Assembly (NCBI GenBank): GCA_016432425.1
Contig: CP066688.1
Span: forward strand, 84,368-148,367
Reading direction: 5' to 3'
DNA length: 64,000 nt
Source: Candidatus Daviesbacteria bacterium
Lineage (GTDB): Bacteria > Patescibacteriota > Microgenomatia > Daviesbacterales > UBA10151
Shown piece after piece: positions 1-10,073 of the stretch. The notes under the pieces were generated by a model, which had not been told where the DNA came from, did no database searches, and was given only the letters and a program-made list of their open reading frames with translations. Numbering within the stretch: the stretch's first letter is position 1; every line of letters begins with the position of its first letter. Made by a program: the position numbers and the translations under genes.

Positions 1-2328
1 AATACTTAAGTTATGTCCCTGCTCATTTTTCTCTATAGCAAACTCACCAGCTCCCACCTGTTTAAACTCTGCTTGGCCTTCAAAATCTCCACCTTTAATT
101 AAATTTTTATTATCCAACTGAATACTCAGCCTATGTTTACCGGAAGTTAAATTAATATTTTTAAAATAAACATAAGTATCTGTGACTCGATCTATCTCCC
201 AAGAAGATGGTACTCCATCAAGTTCCAGACTAATCTTTTTCCCCAATTCATAGTTTATCCCAAACTCTTCCAGATGATATCTTTCCAGAATGGGCATATA
301 GACACTTCCATTTTGAATTTCAAATTCAAAGTGGACTTTTGATAAATCATATACAGCAAAACGATCTTTCAGGTTAGACGGTGCACTATTAAATTGATCT
401 AGTGAGGAAAGTTGAGAATTATTTGCTAAAATTAGATCTTCGGTTAAATCCAAAATCTTAGGAATTGATCTAACTTGGTTGTCATCAGGATTTATTAAAA
501 TACTTTTTTCATCCAAAACACCTATAAATTTTTCCCCATTTTTATAAGGATACCCAAAAAACAACTTGTCAGCAGAATAAACTTTGGGCAAAATATCCGC
601 TTGAGGAAACTTATAAAAATACCAATCTCCAAAATGTGAAAGTAGTGATTGCGTAGCTCCATCAGATAGTTTGGGCGATAGACTTTGCTGATCTTTTTTC
701 TCAAAGATCATCCCGATATTTAGTTTAGCTGACAAATTTTTTGCTAAATCTATCTGATTTTTTTTTAAGCTTAAATTAAATTCTTTAACCAATCTGGCAA
801 TAGGCGCATCCGGAGTATTAAGGGAAGAATAAAGAAGTTGTTGGTCGCTCAAGAGGGATAGAATCGATTCTATCCCTCTATAACCCCATTTAAAATTTTC
901 TATTTCATCATCAGGATAGATTATTATTCGACCATTATTTTGATTGTCCAGCCATTGCTTTGCTGAAAAAACATATTGTGGAAACTCAACATAAAAACTA
1001 TCATTTCTTCCTGGTCTAAATATTTTACCTGTTATAAGCGGGTAAGAGTAAATTAAATTAGCCAAAATAAGAACTGACACCGAAACAGGAACCAAAATCT
1101 TTAAAAGAGAAAGTCTTTTAATATTAACTTTACTCAAGTTATAAAAAAAGAGAGAAATTAAACCAGCATAGGAAATTATCACCAATGGTGTAAAGATATA
1201 CCAAGGGCTTCTAAATATTGAAAAGAAAGGTACTCTATTTACCAATTCTCTATAAAAAGTACCCGTTGGCAGATGTGTACCTGCCCCTAAAAAAGATCCC
1301 ACTGCTATCATTATGGCAAAGGCTATATAGTAGTGTTTATTTTTCTTATCAAAAATTAAAAAAGAAATAAAAGCAAGAAAAGGTATCAAAAAGCTAAATA
1401 TAATAAAAGGAATTTTATAAAAATAATTTAGAGCATAGGGAATATACAAAGGAGTATTAGTTACTTCATCAAAAGTATACCAGTCCCACGCACCCTGTAA
1501 TCTTAGTACGTTTAAAAGGCTGGTATTTTCTGAGAGGCTGTCTATCCAGTTGGTAAATCCTAATTTATCTATACTTCCAATAGGAGAAATGTTTCCCAGG
1601 AAAAATAACGCAGTAGGCAAAATCCAAAATAAATTAATCGTAAAAACTAACCCACCAATTAGAAAAAAATTCCGCAACCCATTAATAAATGCCGCCTTAC
1701 TTCTTTCGCTTAAAATCTGGCCTATTAAATAAATAAAAATTGCCAGATAAAACGTAAAAAAATATGATGGATTTATCCCCGCACCCGATAGTATTATACC
1801 TGTTAAGCTAGAGAGGATCACAACATTCGGTAAAGTGATTTTTCCCATCTTTAGAAGAGTTAACAATCCCAGCCCGAGCGGCAAAGCAGCAATCAAGGAT
1901 AAATTGGAAACTTTAACATTCTCCCAAGTATTAAAAAGATAGGTATTGAAAGCGTATAAAGTAACAAACAATAGTTGGATTAATCTATTACCTGGCAAAA
2001 TTAACCTGGCAAAAAAATAAGCCGATAAGCAAATCAGGGTAAACCAAAAAACTAAACTGGTAATTTCAACTAATTGTAAATTAAAACCTAATTTGTAAGG
2101 GATAGCCTGTATTAAATGAAAAAAAATCCCAGCGGTAGAAGAGGAAAAATCTGATCCGGCATTCAATAGATCGTTCCAAACAAACAGTCTTCTGATAAAC
2201 CATAGACCGGGATCAAGAGGAAAATTAGTATCAACACCATTTATTAAAACGTTTCCTTTACCAAAAAACCAAATTAGGGGAGTAAGCCCCAAAATAGCTA
2301 GTGGAAGGAATTCAATTAATTTTTTCAT
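1..2328 (-). CDS. AftD/DUF3367- or YfhO-like GT-C membrane glycosyltransferase, 3' end beyond the window (missing from the ORF track)
   Basis: ATG at 2328 reads MKKLIEFLPLAILGLTPLIWFFGKGNVLINGVDTNFPLDP...W.DLLNAG. Spot checks keep the frame open to base 1 (FRSPWYIF at about 1200; QVGAGEFAIEK at the edge). Multi-TM N-terminal half, then a soluble region. Confidence 0.75.
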   Translation of the reverse strand, partial: MKKLIEFLPLAILGLTPLIWFFGKGNVLINGVDTNFPLDPGLWFIRRLFVWNDLLNAGSDFSSSTAGIFFHLIQAIPYKLGFNLQLVEITSLVFWFTLICLSAYFFARLILPGNRLIQLLFVTLYAFNTYLFNTWENVKVSNLSLIAALPLGLGLLTLLKMGKITLPNVVILSSLTGIILSGAGINPSYFFTFYLAIFIYLIGQILSERSKAAFINGLRNFFLIGGLVFTINLFWILPTALFFLGNISPIGSIDKLGFTNWIDSLSENTSLLNVLRLQGAWDWYTFDEVTNTPLYIPYALNYFYKIPFIIFSFLIPFLAFISFLIFDKKNKHYYIAFAIMIAVGSFLGAGTHLPTGTFYRELVNRVPFFSIFRSPWYIFTPLVIISYAGLISLFFYNLSKVNIKRLSLLKILVPVSVSVLILANLIYSYPLITGKIFRPGRNDSFYVEFPQYVFSAKQWLDNQNNGRIIIYPDDEIENFKWGYRGIESILSLLSDQQLLYSSLNTPDAPIARLVKEFNLSLKKNQIDLAKNLSAKLNIGMIFEKKDQQSLSPKLSDGATQSLLSHFGDWYFYKFPQADILPKVYSADKLFFGYPYKNGEKFIGVLDEKSILINPDDNQVRSIPKILDLTEDLILANNSQLSSLDQFNSAPSNLKDRFAVYDLSKVHFEFEIQNGSVYMPILERYHLEEFGINYELGKKISLELDGVPSSWEIDRVTDTYVYFKNINLTSGKHRLSIQLDNKNLIKGGDFEGQAEFKQVGAGEFAIEKNEQGHNLSI

Positions 2329-4402
2329 ATATTTTTAACTCACTTATAACCCAAGGGGCAAACTGATGATATCCAATTTGGTCAATACGTAAAAATCTGG
2401 CCAAAATATGTGGTAAGTATATCTCAACCACCCCGTTTTGCAAAGGCGGACGTCTTTTATCCCAAAAAACTTCCTGCCAATTTTTACTGTCCAGAGAAGT
2501 TTCTATTTTATAACCCACCTCATTTTGATCTTTATTCTCAAAAGAGTCGACAGTAATTTCTGAAATTTGTACATTTTTCCCTAAATCAATAGTAAAATAT
2601 TGTGGTTTAAAATAAGGTGTTTGAGAATTCCAGTAAGTTTCTCTTTGACCGTCAATAGCTAATCTTGTCTCTTGTTGATTGTAAGAGGCAGCAGAAATCA
2701 CCGACGATAAATCCGTTTCTCTTTTTTTGTCAAAAATACCGGTAATCTCACCCCTTACTCTACCAGTTATGTTAACAATTTTTTTTTGGGTGGAATCATA
2801 GGAAATTCCATATACTGATTCTATGGGTAAATTATTTTTAGTTAGTGTTTTTACCAGATTATCTAAATTCCAAAAGAAACCAAAACCTAAATTATCATAT
2901 TTTTGATAACCTTCATCTTTAATATCCCACAGAAACTCATTGGTAAAAAAAGGAGGAGGAATTTTCTGCGACTGTCTGTAATTGACTAGAAGCGTCTGCC
3001 CTAACCCTGATTGGAAAGGTAATATCCGATCTGTTAAACCATAAAAAGGCTTATCAGATTCGGCAAAAATGACAGTCTCATCTTCTAAGTGCGAAATAAC
3101 AGTTTTAATTTGGGACAAAATATTTTGGCGTTCATGGCCTTCTATAACCAGCCCATTAATAGTTTCCTGAAGTAACAATAGATGGGCTAAAGTTAACAAA
3201 ATTAGTAAAATAACAACTGCGAATTTTAAATATTTAGCATCTTTAAAAGAGCCAACTAAAGCTACTAAAATCATGCTCATCCCCAAAGTAGCAGGATATA
3301 AGTATCTGGAGTCTAGCAGTAAAGACTTATTTACTACCGGCAGTAAAGGAATCGATGTAAAAAAAATTATTAGCCATCCTATTATGGCTAAATCTTTTAA
3401 AAGAAGGTTTCCTTCATTACTTTTTATTTCCGAAGGAAAGAGGGTTCCCCTCATTCTTAAGAGAAGCAATCCGCTTAAGATAAGTAAAATAAAAATGGAT
3501 GTAAAAATTATAATTTGGTCATCAGAAATATTAATATAATATCCTGAATATTTGGTCATTGAATCAGAAATATCAGAAGATTTATCTGTTAATTTAACAT
3601 ACACATTTAACGGTAAAAGGGTTTGGGCAAATAACTGTGGGGGGATGGATAATTGATTATATATTATTCTATCAATGATATTTCTATTTCCAGACACTAC
3701 AGCAGATTGATTATGGACACTAAAAAATCCAAATGACAATCTTAAGATAAAATAAAATCCTAGTATAATAAAAATAGAAAATAATAATTTTCTTTTTTCT
3801 TTTACTTTTGCCATAATTATTAGAGTTATTAAAACCAAAACAAATGTAAAGGCAGTTTCTTTAAAAAGAAAACTTAAAAAGATAGTAAGTAAACTCCATA
3901 TAAAAAATTTAAATTTCCTTTTTTGTCGGTAAAGTACATAAAAAGTAAGCGAGACTATACCAAATAAGGCGGCTCCTTGGGTACCTTCAAAAGTACCCAG
4001 CCAAGTTACTGCCTGGTGATGGCTGCTATTTACCAAAAAAAAGATTGCTGCAAGACTTGCCAGATATTTCTTTGTAGTAAGTAAATAAATTAAACTGTAA
4101 AGAACAATACCGGTTAAAAAATGAAGTAAGATGCTGACATAAAAATAATACTGAGCATTTAAACCTACTATTTTATAAATAATCATTTTGACAGTAAGTG
4201 ATAAAGGAGTAAAATGGCCAAGTTCCCCTCCAGGAAAAACGTTTCTTAAGAAATCGATAGGGGTGAGGGAGTTTAAATAAATATAATGGCCGAAGCTATG
4301 CCATTCATCTTGTTCAAAATAAGCCCATGGCAAATCTTTAAAAACAATAAAAGTAACTACAGCTATCAGCAGAATTGGCCAATATTTTTTGCAGATTTTC
4401 AT
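2312..4402 (-). CDS. GT-C membrane glycosyltransferase with C-terminal F5/8 type C (discoidin/CBM32-like) domain
   Basis: YFEQDEW acidic loop after TM1, KE motif, RYLY; C-terminus AIDGQRETYWNS...FTIDLG...SLDSKNW...ARFLRI...ISELKIY. Confidence 0.8.
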   Translation of the reverse strand: MKICKKYWPILLIAVVTFIVFKDLPWAYFEQDEWHSFGHYIYLNSLTPIDFLRNVFPGGELGHFTPLSLTVKMIIYKIVGLNAQYYFYVSILLHFLTGIVLYSLIYLLTTKKYLASLAAIFFLVNSSHHQAVTWLGTFEGTQGAALFGIVSLTFYVLYRQKRKFKFFIWSLLTIFLSFLFKETAFTFVLVLITLIIMAKVKEKRKLLFSIFIILGFYFILRLSFGFFSVHNQSAVVSGNRNIIDRIIYNQLSIPPQLFAQTLLPLNVYVKLTDKSSDISDSMTKYSGYYINISDDQIIIFTSIFILLILSGLLLLRMRGTLFPSEIKSNEGNLLLKDLAIIGWLIIFFTSIPLLPVVNKSLLLDSRYLYPATLGMSMILVALVGSFKDAKYLKFAVVILLILLTLAHLLLLQETINGLVIEGHERQNILSQIKTVISHLEDETVIFAESDKPFYGLTDRILPFQSGLGQTLLVNYRQSQKIPPPFFTNEFLWDIKDEGYQKYDNLGFGFFWNLDNLVKTLTKNNLPIESVYGISYDSTQKKIVNITGRVRGEITGIFDKKRETDLSSVISAASYNQQETRLAIDGQRETYWNSQTPYFKPQYFTIDLGKNVQISEITVDSFENKDQNEVGYKIETSLDSKNWQEVFWDKRRPPLQNGVVEIYLPHILARFLRIDQIGYHQFAPWVISELKIYEKIN

Positions 4403-5103
4403 TTCTGTGCCATTACCATGGCATATGATGCATGCAGATAATCAATTCCTGAAAAAAAATCAGATATAGGAGAAAATAAGGGATAGAAACCTATACCTTT
4501 TTTATAAATAATCTTAAATCTGTAGTTTCTTAAAAGTTGAATAAGGGATTTAAAAGTCATCACATTTATATGCGGATCCATTGGCAAAGTATGCTGATAA
4601 AATTTAGCAGAGGGACGATGCCCAATGGGATATACTTTACTCAAATATGGGCCTGTATATGGTTGATTACCTAAAATTAAAGCCATGATATTGTGGTAGG
4701 CAGCTAAATTTTCTGTAGAAATAATAATTTTCCCGCCCTTTTTTAAGACTCTTTGACTTTCGGAAAAAAAATTATCTAAATTCACCAAATGTTCCACTAC
4801 TTCTGTAGCAGTGATACAGTCAACACTACTATCTCCAAGAGGCCATCTTTCATTTAAATCAGAATTATAGACTTTTATCCCTTTTTCCCTAGCAAGATTA
4901 GCTCTTTCAGAAATATTCTCGAATCCTAAAATTTCATTAGTACTAATAATTTTAGCTCGACTGATAGTCTTTGAACCATTATCACAACCACAATCAAGAT
5001 ATGTTAAATTTTTACCTCTAGGTAAAAATTCTGCCACATGTTTTTCAATATCATCTTCTATTTTAGACGCTAAAAATTTTATATAACTTTGTATAAAACC
5101 CAT
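4399..5103 (-). CDS. Class I SAM-dependent methyltransferase
   Basis: YLDCGCDNG, EVVEHL, RVLKKGG. Start moved to ATG 5103 (TAATG overlap with the upstream gene). Confidence 0.85.
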   Translation of the reverse strand: MGFIQSYIKFLASKIEDDIEKHVAEFLPRGKNLTYLDCGCDNGSKTISRAKIISTNEILGFENISERANLAREKGIKVYNSDLNERWPLGDSSVDCITATEVVEHLVNLDNFFSESQRVLKKGGKIIISTENLAAYHNIMALILGNQPYTGPYLSKVYPIGHRPSAKFYQHTLPMDPHINVMTFKSLIQLLRNYRFKIIYKKGIGFYPLFSPISDFFSGIDYLHASYAMVMAQK

Positions 5104-6041
5104 TATATAAATTTCCTCTTCAGGAAAACTATTCCATAAGTCATAACTGAGATAAATGACATCAAAGGATGCAGCAACCAAGCTTTATTTCTGGTTTCTA
5201 AATAACCTATTAACCCTTCAATCAAAGGGCCAATAAAAGTTACGCAATAAATAATACTATAAACAAACTTTATTGGCGAAACCCCCTCTAACCAGGTACG
5301 TTTTTTTTCTTCCTTTCTGTTTAAAAACTTGTTGCCAATTTTAAGTCTTTTAGAAATAAAATCTCCCAAGGATGAGATATGGTCATGATAAATGCCATAC
5401 CCGGGGACCCGGGCAAACTTGCGAAACCCTTTTTCCATGGCAAAAAAAGAAAAATTTGATTCTTCAAATTTAGGTTTATATAACCCCACCCCTTCTATCA
5501 CTTTTTTATTCCACAAAAAACCATTAGCGCCTAAAGGATAAACTGAACCCTGAGGAATAGTATATTCAATATAGCCATTTTTATTTCTTTGCCTTAGGTT
5601 AGCAGCCAAACATCTGGAGAAGGGATCGGCAATATGAATTAACATGGAATAAGCATTAAAAATATTGTCATGTTCCCGGGGGAAATACAAAGATTCCACC
5701 CCAAATAAATCCGGATCTTTTAAAAAGGGTTTGACCATGACAGTCAACCAATCTTTTTTGATAATTTCATTATCAGCATCCAACAATACTATCACTTCCC
5801 CTTGAGAATGAATAATCCCCAAAGACTTAGCACTTTCCGGATCTCTTTGGGGATTATCAATCACCTTGGCCCCAAAATCTTTGGCTACCTTTCTGGTTTC
5901 ATCTTCTGACCTACCATCCACTACAAATATTTCCACCAGATTCTTGGGATAATTTTGCTTTTTAATGCTTGCTAAACAAATTGGCAGTTGTTTGGCGGCA
6001 TTATAAGTGGGGATGATAAAACTAACTCTAGAATTTTTCAT
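5103..6041 (-). CDS. GT2 glycosyltransferase
   Basis: SFIIPTYN, VVDGRSED, LDADNE; hydrophobic C-terminal helices. Confidence 0.9.
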   Translation of the reverse strand: MKNSRVSFIIPTYNAAKQLPICLASIKKQNYPKNLVEIFVVDGRSEDETRKVAKDFGAKVIDNPQRDPESAKSLGIIHSQGEVIVLLDADNEIIKKDWLTVMVKPFLKDPDLFGVESLYFPREHDNIFNAYSMLIHIADPFSRCLAANLRQRNKNGYIEYTIPQGSVYPLGANGFLWNKKVIEGVGLYKPKFEESNFSFFAMEKGFRKFARVPGYGIYHDHISSLGDFISKRLKIGNKFLNRKEEKKRTWLEGVSPIKFVYSIIYCVTFIGPLIEGLIGYLETRNKAWLLHPLMSFISVMTYGIVFLKRKFI

Positions 6042-8731
6042 TAATTTTCTTTGAACTCCTTAATCACTCCTGATTTTTGCGCTTCTTCCAGACTAATATT
6101 TCTGGCTTCGGCTAAATCTATTTCCAGTTTAAGCGGCCCCACAGGACCGTCCACAGTAATGTTACTTATTTTCAATCCAACTGGCTTCAATATTACACTA
6201 AATGGAGAAAAAACACTAAGTTCATTTACCGGGACTTTGGTGGTCACTGTCGTTTTATCAGTTATTACACTAACATTAAAGCGTAATAGCGGTGATATTT
6301 GCGAAAGTAAATTGTTCATTTCCAACTCATTTTGAATATTGGCGAAAGGATTCTCCAGAAAATTCAAAGCTGCATTTATATCAACATCGCTGAAACTAGA
6401 ATCAACTACTTCAAATTCCGAAATAGCCGGAGCATCATTGGATAAAGTGCCGGCAATATCCATTCTGACAAATCTAGCTGGGGTACTATCAAAACGATCC
6501 TCTACCCACTCCCCATCTTTTTTCTCCCCCCCTCTTACTTCTTTAACAACTTTCCAACTCTGCCCATCTGGAGAAGCCAATATTGTATAAACTGTGGGAG
6601 TTAGTGTATGGTTCCAATTCATCCATAAAACTCGATTAACATTTTTGACTTCACCTAAATCTATAGTTAATTGTTCTTTTTGATGATCATGCCAGTAAAT
6701 CCGATGACCTCTCCAACTACTTTCTAAGTTATTATCAGCTAAATTGACTTTCTCTTGAAATTTCCATTCTGACAGCGTGTCTACTTTAACATTGGCATAA
6801 TATTTTAATTTCGACAGAAGATAGGCAATCATTTGTAATTTTTCTGATTGAGAAAAAGTGGCTGGACTATTTGTCAGATAGGGATATTTAATTTCCGGCA
6901 AAGGAGAAATCTTAGCTTTAAAGCTAAGATGTATTGGCGCTAGAGGCGATAGTGAATCGGTCAATAAGCTGGCAGAATTTTGGGAAGTTTGTTTCATCAG
7001 TAATATTTGTGCTGAGGACCCATGTTGAAAAAGTTGTCTTGACTTTTCACTAGTATCAACAAGACCTAAAGAAGCGCCATAGTAAAAAGTATAAAGCTGA
7101 TCTATTTTTGTTCTATCCTTGGCCAACTTTGACAACAGTTCCTCGTAATCTGTAACCATGGATAGATCATATCTATCCACTCCATAATAAATTGCTATTG
7201 CCGTAGTTTCCGGCATAGAGCCAACAGAGAAAAAATCCCGAAACTGGCTTTGGGATTTACTGTCACTGGCTATATCAAAATAAAATATAGAGTCTTTTGG
7301 AAAATTCGGCACTTGCATTTTTAAAGTCTCATAGAATTTTTGAGTAGGATGGCTTCTTTCTGTCACAAAAGTATGCTGGTATCTAAAACTGAGCAATGTG
7401 TTCATCAGTATAATTAAAAATATTGGAAGAAAAGGGACAAATGTATAATTTTTAAAAATCTTTTTCTCTTTTAAAATAAAAAAACTTAAATATGTTAGTG
7501 ACCCTAAAATAAGAGCATATCCAACAAAAGCGTAATATAGGTATCTATGTGTAGTGTCAAAAGTAGCTTCCGGATACTGAATAAAATATCCAAAAATCTG
7601 TGTAACAATAATGGATAACCCAAAAAATAATCCCAGCGACAGTAATTTAAAATTCCGCCATAAAGAGAAAGAAAGTATTAATACAAAAACAATAATATAC
7701 ATCCCTAAAGCGCCAGATAATAAATTTTCAGAATTTCTGTACCAATACAGGTTCTGATTGTAAAAGTATTTGTTTAACATAAAGCAGAAAAAAAATAATA
7801 ATAAGGCGATAAATTTCGTTATCTGCTTAAGACCGAAGAAATAATATATTAACCACGCTGATAGAGAAAAAAAGAAAAGAGTTAAATTTTGTATATTATT
7901 TGAGAATAAGTTAATTAGCCAATTTTGAAAGTTAGTGGGGAAAAAAACATTTCCTGCTGTTGCAAAAAGTGTAGAAAAAATTTCTATCTTCCCTTGTATT
8001 AATTGACTTTTTATACCAGAAAAAGCAGTGGCACCAACAGTTTCATTTTTAAGATAGTACATATAAAAAATTATCCAGAAGGGTATTTGTCTTAAGATAA
8101 ATTTAAAAAATTCGGAAATTTTAAAAGGAACTAATCTAAAAATTGCATCTAAAATTAGTACTAAAAAAATCAAACTATGGGAACGTATAAAAACAAAGTG
8201 TACAGAAATAAAAAATAGCAACAAGCTTAGTACAAAAAATTTAAATTGACCGCTTTTAAGAAATTTAACTAGGCTCCAAAGCATTAACACTGCTAAGCTA
8301 AGCCCTAAACTATTTTGCCAAGAATTAGAGATTTTAAACATGGAATGAGAACCAATGTACCCGGCAGCAAAAATCAGAGTAGAAAAAAATGCTATTTTTT
8401 TATTGTCGAAAAAATCCTTTGATAAAAAGTAGATACATACAACTGAAATAAAATAAAGTAATAATCCCACAAAAAAATATCCAAAAGGATTCAACCCAAA
8501 AAATTGATAAAAAGGAATAAACGGGGTGATAGTATATTTGTAAGGACCTTCCCCAAAGGGACCTAACCCATAACTTCCCGCAGGCTCTGCAATATGTTGC
8601 AATTTAAATATCACCGCAGCATCATCCTGCCAGAAATACATAAGTAGTGTCTGCCCATATGAAATTGATACAACCAGGATTATTAAAAAAATAGCCAGCT
8701 GTTTTTTATATTGTCCTATTGCAATTTTCAT
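6041..8731 (-). CDS. GT-C membrane glycosyltransferase with F5/8 type C domain
   Basis: YFWQDD motif, many TMs, HRYLY; C-terminus LADNNLESSWR...LTIDLG...SPDGQSW...ARFVRM...ISEFEV. Confidence 0.8.
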   Translation of the reverse strand: MKIAIGQYKKQLAIFLIILVVSISYGQTLLMYFWQDDAAVIFKLQHIAEPAGSYGLGPFGEGPYKYTITPFIPFYQFFGLNPFGYFFVGLLLYFISVVCIYFLSKDFFDNKKIAFFSTLIFAAGYIGSHSMFKISNSWQNSLGLSLAVLMLWSLVKFLKSGQFKFFVLSLLLFFISVHFVFIRSHSLIFLVLILDAIFRLVPFKISEFFKFILRQIPFWIIFYMYYLKNETVGATAFSGIKSQLIQGKIEIFSTLFATAGNVFFPTNFQNWLINLFSNNIQNLTLFFFSLSAWLIYYFFGLKQITKFIALLLFFFCFMLNKYFYNQNLYWYRNSENLLSGALGMYIIVFVLILSFSLWRNFKLLSLGLFFGLSIIVTQIFGYFIQYPEATFDTTHRYLYYAFVGYALILGSLTYLSFFILKEKKIFKNYTFVPFLPIFLIILMNTLLSFRYQHTFVTERSHPTQKFYETLKMQVPNFPKDSIFYFDIASDSKSQSQFRDFFSVGSMPETTAIAIYYGVDRYDLSMVTDYEELLSKLAKDRTKIDQLYTFYYGASLGLVDTSEKSRQLFQHGSSAQILLMKQTSQNSASLLTDSLSPLAPIHLSFKAKISPLPEIKYPYLTNSPATFSQSEKLQMIAYLLSKLKYYANVKVDTLSEWKFQEKVNLADNNLESSWRGHRIYWHDHQKEQLTIDLGEVKNVNRVLWMNWNHTLTPTVYTILASPDGQSWKVVKEVRGGEKKDGEWVEDRFDSTPARFVRMDIAGTLSNDAPAISEFEVVDSSFSDVDINAALNFLENPFANIQNELEMNNLLSQISPLLRFNVSVITDKTTVTTKVPVNELSVFSPFSVILKPVGLKISNITVDGPVGPLKLEIDLAEARNISLEEAQKSGVIKEFKEN

Positions 8732-8777
8732 TTAGTTTATTATAAACTACAAAATTGTTATTAGAATAACATAAATT
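8732..8777. promoter_or_regulatory. Divergent back-to-back -10 promoters, each inside a palindrome
   Basis: Minus strand: TATAAT (8739-8744), 7 nt before the ATG at 8731, within TAGTTTAT-T-ATAAACTA. Plus strand: TAGAAT (8762-8767) within TGTTATT-AG-AATAACA. Confidence 0.55.
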
Positions 8778-10052
8778 ATGACCCAAGAACTAGCAACCAA
8801 ACCAGAAGTTTTACAAGTTGATAATTGTCGGGCTTGTGATAACAAAAACCTAACAACATTTTTACAACTCGGACCAACCCCTATACCAAATGGTTTTTTA
8901 GAAGCATCTGAATTAAATCAAGCAGAAAAATTTTACCCTCTAGACGTGTCTTTTTGTGGCGAGTGTGGAATGGTTCAATTAGGCCATGTCGTTGATCCAA
9001 ATGTTATGTTTAAAAATTATGTCTATGTTCCATCGACCTCAACAACTATGGTTCAACATTTTGGTGAACTGGCAACAGATGCTACCCAAAGAGTTAATCT
9101 TGAAACGGGAGATTTGGTAGTAGATATCGGTAGCAATGACGGTACTCTGCTAAAAGCTTTTAAAAGATACGGCGCGACAATACTTGGAGTAGATCCTGCT
9201 ACTAATTTGGCAACATTGGCTAACGAGCAAGGTGTACCAACAATAAATGAATTATTTGATAAGAATTTAGCTCTTTCTATTCGCAGCCAACATGGTCCAG
9301 CCAGAGTAATATCTGCTACAAACGTAGTTGCTCATGTTCACAATTTGCATGATTTTTTTGAAGGAGTACATGATTTACTTGCTGACAATGGTAAATTGGT
9401 CATGGAGTTTCCATATCTCGTTAACTTAATAGAAGGAGGGGAATTTGATACTATTTATCAAGAACATCTTTCTTACCTTTCCATCAACCCGCTTCAAAAA
9501 TTGCTAGCTCAACATGGCTTGAATTTAACTTCACCACGCTTAATTGATATACACGGAGGTTCAATCAGAGTTTTCGCAACAAAAAGTAAGCCTGAATCAG
9601 ATGACGGAGTTACCGCTTTCATTACTACTGAAAGAGAAAAGGGGATGCTAGATCTAGAAACTTATTCCAGATTTCAAATGGATGTTAATAGAGTAAGACA
9701 TGATTTAGTTGAAGCTCTCTGGTCACTTAGATTTGCAGATAGAAAAGTAGTTGGCTATGGCGCATCCGCCAAAGGAAACATCCTGACAAATTATTGCAGA
9801 ATCGGGGTAGAAAGTTTGCCGTATATTGTAGATTCTATTCCGTATAAACAAGGGAAGTATACCCCGGGGATGCATATTCCTATTTATCCAGAAGACCAAT
9901 TATTAGAAGACCAACCTGATTATGCATTACTTTTAGCTTGGAATTTTGCAGATGAGATTGTTCAAAAACAAGGTACATTTCAAAAAAGAGGTGGGAAATT
10001 TATTAGACCCATACCAGTATTAAAAGTTATCCACCCAAGTAGAAAAGTTTAG
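8778..10052 (+). CDS. NDP-sugar C-methyltransferase (TcaB9/NovU-like family)
   Basis: Zn motif CRAC...CGEC, VDIGSNDG, FDTIYQEH, HGGSIR, GYGASAKG, LLAWNF. Confidence 0.9.
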   Translation: MTQELATKPEVLQVDNCRACDNKNLTTFLQLGPTPIPNGFLEASELNQAEKFYPLDVSFCGECGMVQLGHVVDPNVMFKNYVYVPSTSTTMVQHFGELATDATQRVNLETGDLVVDIGSNDGTLLKAFKRYGATILGVDPATNLATLANEQGVPTINELFDKNLALSIRSQHGPARVISATNVVAHVHNLHDFFEGVHDLLADNGKLVMEFPYLVNLIEGGEFDTIYQEHLSYLSINPLQKLLAQHGLNLTSPRLIDIHGGSIRVFATKSKPESDDGVTAFITTEREKGMLDLETYSRFQMDVNRVRHDLVEALWSLRFADRKVVGYGASAKGNILTNYCRIGVESLPYIVDSIPYKQGKYTPGMHIPIYPEDQLLEDQPDYALLLAWNFADEIVQKQGTFQKRGGKFIRPIPVLKVIHPSRKV

Positions 10053-10073
10053 ATTAAGGTAGACACTTATCAA

